DNA of 64,000 nt from Malacoraja senta. Its lineage: Eukaryota. Within the stretch, counting starts at the first letter, position 1. Every line of letters starts with the position of its first letter. Shown in pieces: positions 61,580 to 64,000 of the stretch. Both the position numbers and the translations under genes were made by a program. The DNA lies in NCBI GenBank assembly GCA_038087875.1, contig CM075983.1, positions 46,562,001 to 46,626,000 of the forward strand. The letters run 5' to 3'. Below the pieces are notes generated by a model, which was not told where the DNA came from, did no database searches, and saw only the letters and a list, made by a program, of their open reading frames with translations.

Positions 61580-63078
61580 AATTATGAGATTTTACTTTTT
61601 ATTTCTATGTTGTTGTATTTATTGTAAAAATACATGTCGGTAAAATCAGCCTCTGGCGGTGCAGAATATTTTTACTAAATTTTCCTGTTGTAAAATAGCG
61701 CTCCATTTTGACTGGTTACAGTGATTTTTTTTTTAAACAATCGCTGTGTGGTGGTGAAAGCAAGAATACTTGTTCTTTGTGGAAAAACATTAATTACTAA
61801 ATGCAACAGCTCAAAACTTCAATGTATCAGCATCATTCTATATTCCGTATTTTTCTGAAGTACTCTGACAATATCACAAGGCGCAATTTTTCAACTATAG
61901 CACTTTCTGTGCACAGGTCTGTTTCAAAGCATTGTATATCACAACTATTTACACCCTTGTGGCTGTAAGGCAAGGTTCACAATGGTGCCTCAAAAATGAA
62001 TTGTCCATTTTAAAAGAAAGTTCAGTCCCTTACTGAGGAAAATTGGAGAAAATCGTTGCAGACACAGAGGCTTTCTATAACATGTTTTAAAATGCTTCAT
62101 ACAACTATTTTTGGTGCTAAAGACAAATTAGCAACTTCTGATTTTGGTTCTTTGAAAAATTAGGAAACATGATCAAAAACCTGGACCACATGACGCAACC
62201 CTGGTGCAGCCTTACTGCAAGATTGTACTGCCACTTGAGCAGCCAAGATAATCACGATAAATCATCTTCAAAATGTTTTCTGCAGTTGACAGCTGATGGC
62301 TTTCCTCAGGGAGAAATTCACCCTCAAATACAAATTCTTCTTAAGCCTTTAACATTCTACCAGGCATCTTCCAAGATTAGTTTTTAAAAAGATGAGCCCG
62401 AGCAAACTCCTGGATCTTTACAAATCCAAAACAATTTAATGTATAAATAAGATTCTGGAACATTCAGCAGCCTTTCATAATACTGTCACAAACCTTATTA
62501 GCAATATGTCGAGGGTGTAGCTTCTGTTGCATTACTGATAGCAATATTACTTTGTTTGAATCCACAATTGAGAAAATAACTTGTATCACAAAAATAAGTG
62601 GAGATTCAAGTAGACAGTTGTACATAACATTAATTATGGAAACAGACATTTTGTGTAGAGTAGTTTGTATTCTGAAATTTGGATCGTCAAACTAATGAGA
62701 ATTTTAAACAGATGTTAAAGTGGCATTTAAATTGCACACTAATGTGTTCATTATTGGTATGCTAAAGAAATTATGAGCTACTTTTCCAGTTGCGTGTTAT
62801 TTTGCCTGAAAATGTAAATGGTGTACATTTAAAGTGCATATCTTGAATTCTCAGCTGCTGAAGTAAGCACATGAAACGGAAACAATTTGACTGACACTGC
62901 CTTTGAAAGTTGAGTTGAGTTTTCATTTTTCTTCACTTTGCACCAATGCTTCCAATCCAAACAAAAATCCAGTGGGTCTGTGGTACGTCGCTCAGTCATT
63001 CTTCTGCCTTTTTACTTTTTACTCCGTCTTCCAGAATTAGCTTAAGCAACCTGATGCTTAATCCAAATAAAGCTGCAT
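61580..63078 (-). other. VMA21: Probable VMA21 3' UTR
   Basis: AT-rich stretch with no recognisable repeats, running from the stop codon to the tandem poly(A) signal, in a window otherwise saturated with repeats. The end point is inferred. Confidence 0.7.
61598..61635 (-). terminator. Tandem polyadenylation signal (UGUA...AAUAAA...AAUAAA, then U-rich)
   Basis: Minus strand reads catgtatttttacAATAAAtacaacaacatagaAATAAAaagtaaaatctcataatttgctgtaacttttccatttt. The hexamers are at 61623-61618 and 61603-61598. Confidence 0.65.
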
Positions 63079-63221
63079 TTAATCCTGTTTGCCACTGCGC
63101 CATTGCTTTGAGCCTTCGTTCCATGCTACATATACAAACAAGGCCAGCACAATATGAACTGCCACTACAGCAACTATAGCAGCATAGAAGTAGCTGTCTC
63201 TGTTTGACATCCCCAGTGTAC
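63079..63221 (-). CDS. VMA21: Last coding exon of vacuolar ATPase assembly factor VMA21 (upstream exons lie beyond the window)
   Basis: On the minus strand a polypyrimidine tract and AG acceptor (ttttccttctcag|gt) is followed by 2 nt and then TLGMSNRDSYFYAAIVAVVAVHIVLALFVYVAWNEGSKQWRSGKQD-TAA (143 nt, phase 1). This is near-identical to the C-terminus of human VMA21 as I recall it (GALGMSNRDSYFYAAIVAVVAVHVVLALFVYVAWNEGSRQWREGKQD). Confidence 0.97.
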
Positions 63222-64000
63222 CTGAGAAGGAAAAATGTGCAATTAAAGACCATGGCACGTTTTGTCTTTAATCCAAAGTTAGGGCTTCAGTTAACTTGTA
63301 CTATGAAGAGTAGGGATAAGAAACAAAATTAAGACAGCATGATTGTCAATGTTCAATATTTCTTCACAAATCTGCCTCAACTTTGGGATTTCTGCAATTG
63401 CGTAGATAACCGTAGATATCCAAAAATTTCTATTAGTGTTTCCCAAGACACAGTGGCTGCACCTTTATCTCATTGCTGTGCAAACCCTTGTGGTTTCAGT
63501 TTCTGAGCATACCAAGAAGTGACAACCTTGTGAGATAAAATACATTGTGACATTTAATAAAGATCTCTCCAAACTGTTTATTAAATCGTGTGGTTTTACA
63601 TTGAAAGAGCCCACAATCTGGGCTGCCCTAACAGATTGCAAATTACCTATACTTGTGTGCACAAAACAATCTGAACACAATGGCCAGTTAACAAACCAGA
63701 GGGACCTGACCTGAAAAATTCCCGCCCATTCCCTCTACAAATGCCGCTGAGTTCCTCCAGCATTTTGCGATTTGCTCAAGATTACAGCATTTCCTTTCAG
63801 TTCCAGTTATCATATTTTGGATTGCAATTGCAATTGCAACAACTGTTAAGACTAATGACTTGTGGATGTCGATGAAACAATGTTTTCATAAAGATTTAGA
63901 TCACACCTGAGTTCTGGTAAAATACTGAAGATTCAGGAAATCTGAAATAAAAATAAGAAACTGCTGGAAAAACTCAGCAAATCAGGCAGCATTTGTGTGG

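Noticed and set aside
62996-63253. 85-aa ORF (MVFNCTFF...) in the supplied track
   Set aside because: Wrong frame. It overlaps the real VMA21 exon, which is read in another frame from the splice acceptor at 63221.

Overview
Eukaryotic, repeat-dense genomic DNA, almost certainly from a cartilaginous fish (probably a skate or ray). This is inferred from the very abundant HE1-type V-SINEs paired with HER1/CR1 LINE fragments. The only protein-coding host feature I can recognise is the last coding exon of VMA21 on the minus strand (63221..63079), with a repeat-free 3' UTR of about 1.5 kb and a tandem poly(A) signal near 61.6 kb. This exon is not in the supplied ORF track. Most of the rest is a nested mosaic of mobile elements: V-SINEs, CR1, L2, Rex1/Babar, Tx1 and RTE-related pieces, Penelope-like elements (PLEs), seven PIF/Harbinger-type MITEs and a non-autonomous Helitron. 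There is also a 200-N assembly gap. The most interesting signal is a population of small (about 100-640 nt) non-coding elements derived from Penelope terminal repeats. They are flanked by target-site duplications (TSDs) and carry minimal hammerhead-ribozyme-like cores (CTGAAGA-A-GGGT.NNNN.ACCC-GAAA-CGTC). They occur as solo units, as back-to-back palindromes with a core on each strand, and as a tandem array. Harbinger MITEs have repeatedly inserted at the same TTA inside this repeat. Nearly all ORFs in the supplied track are repeat-derived or spurious. Repeat boundaries are read by eye and are approximate unless a TSD is given.
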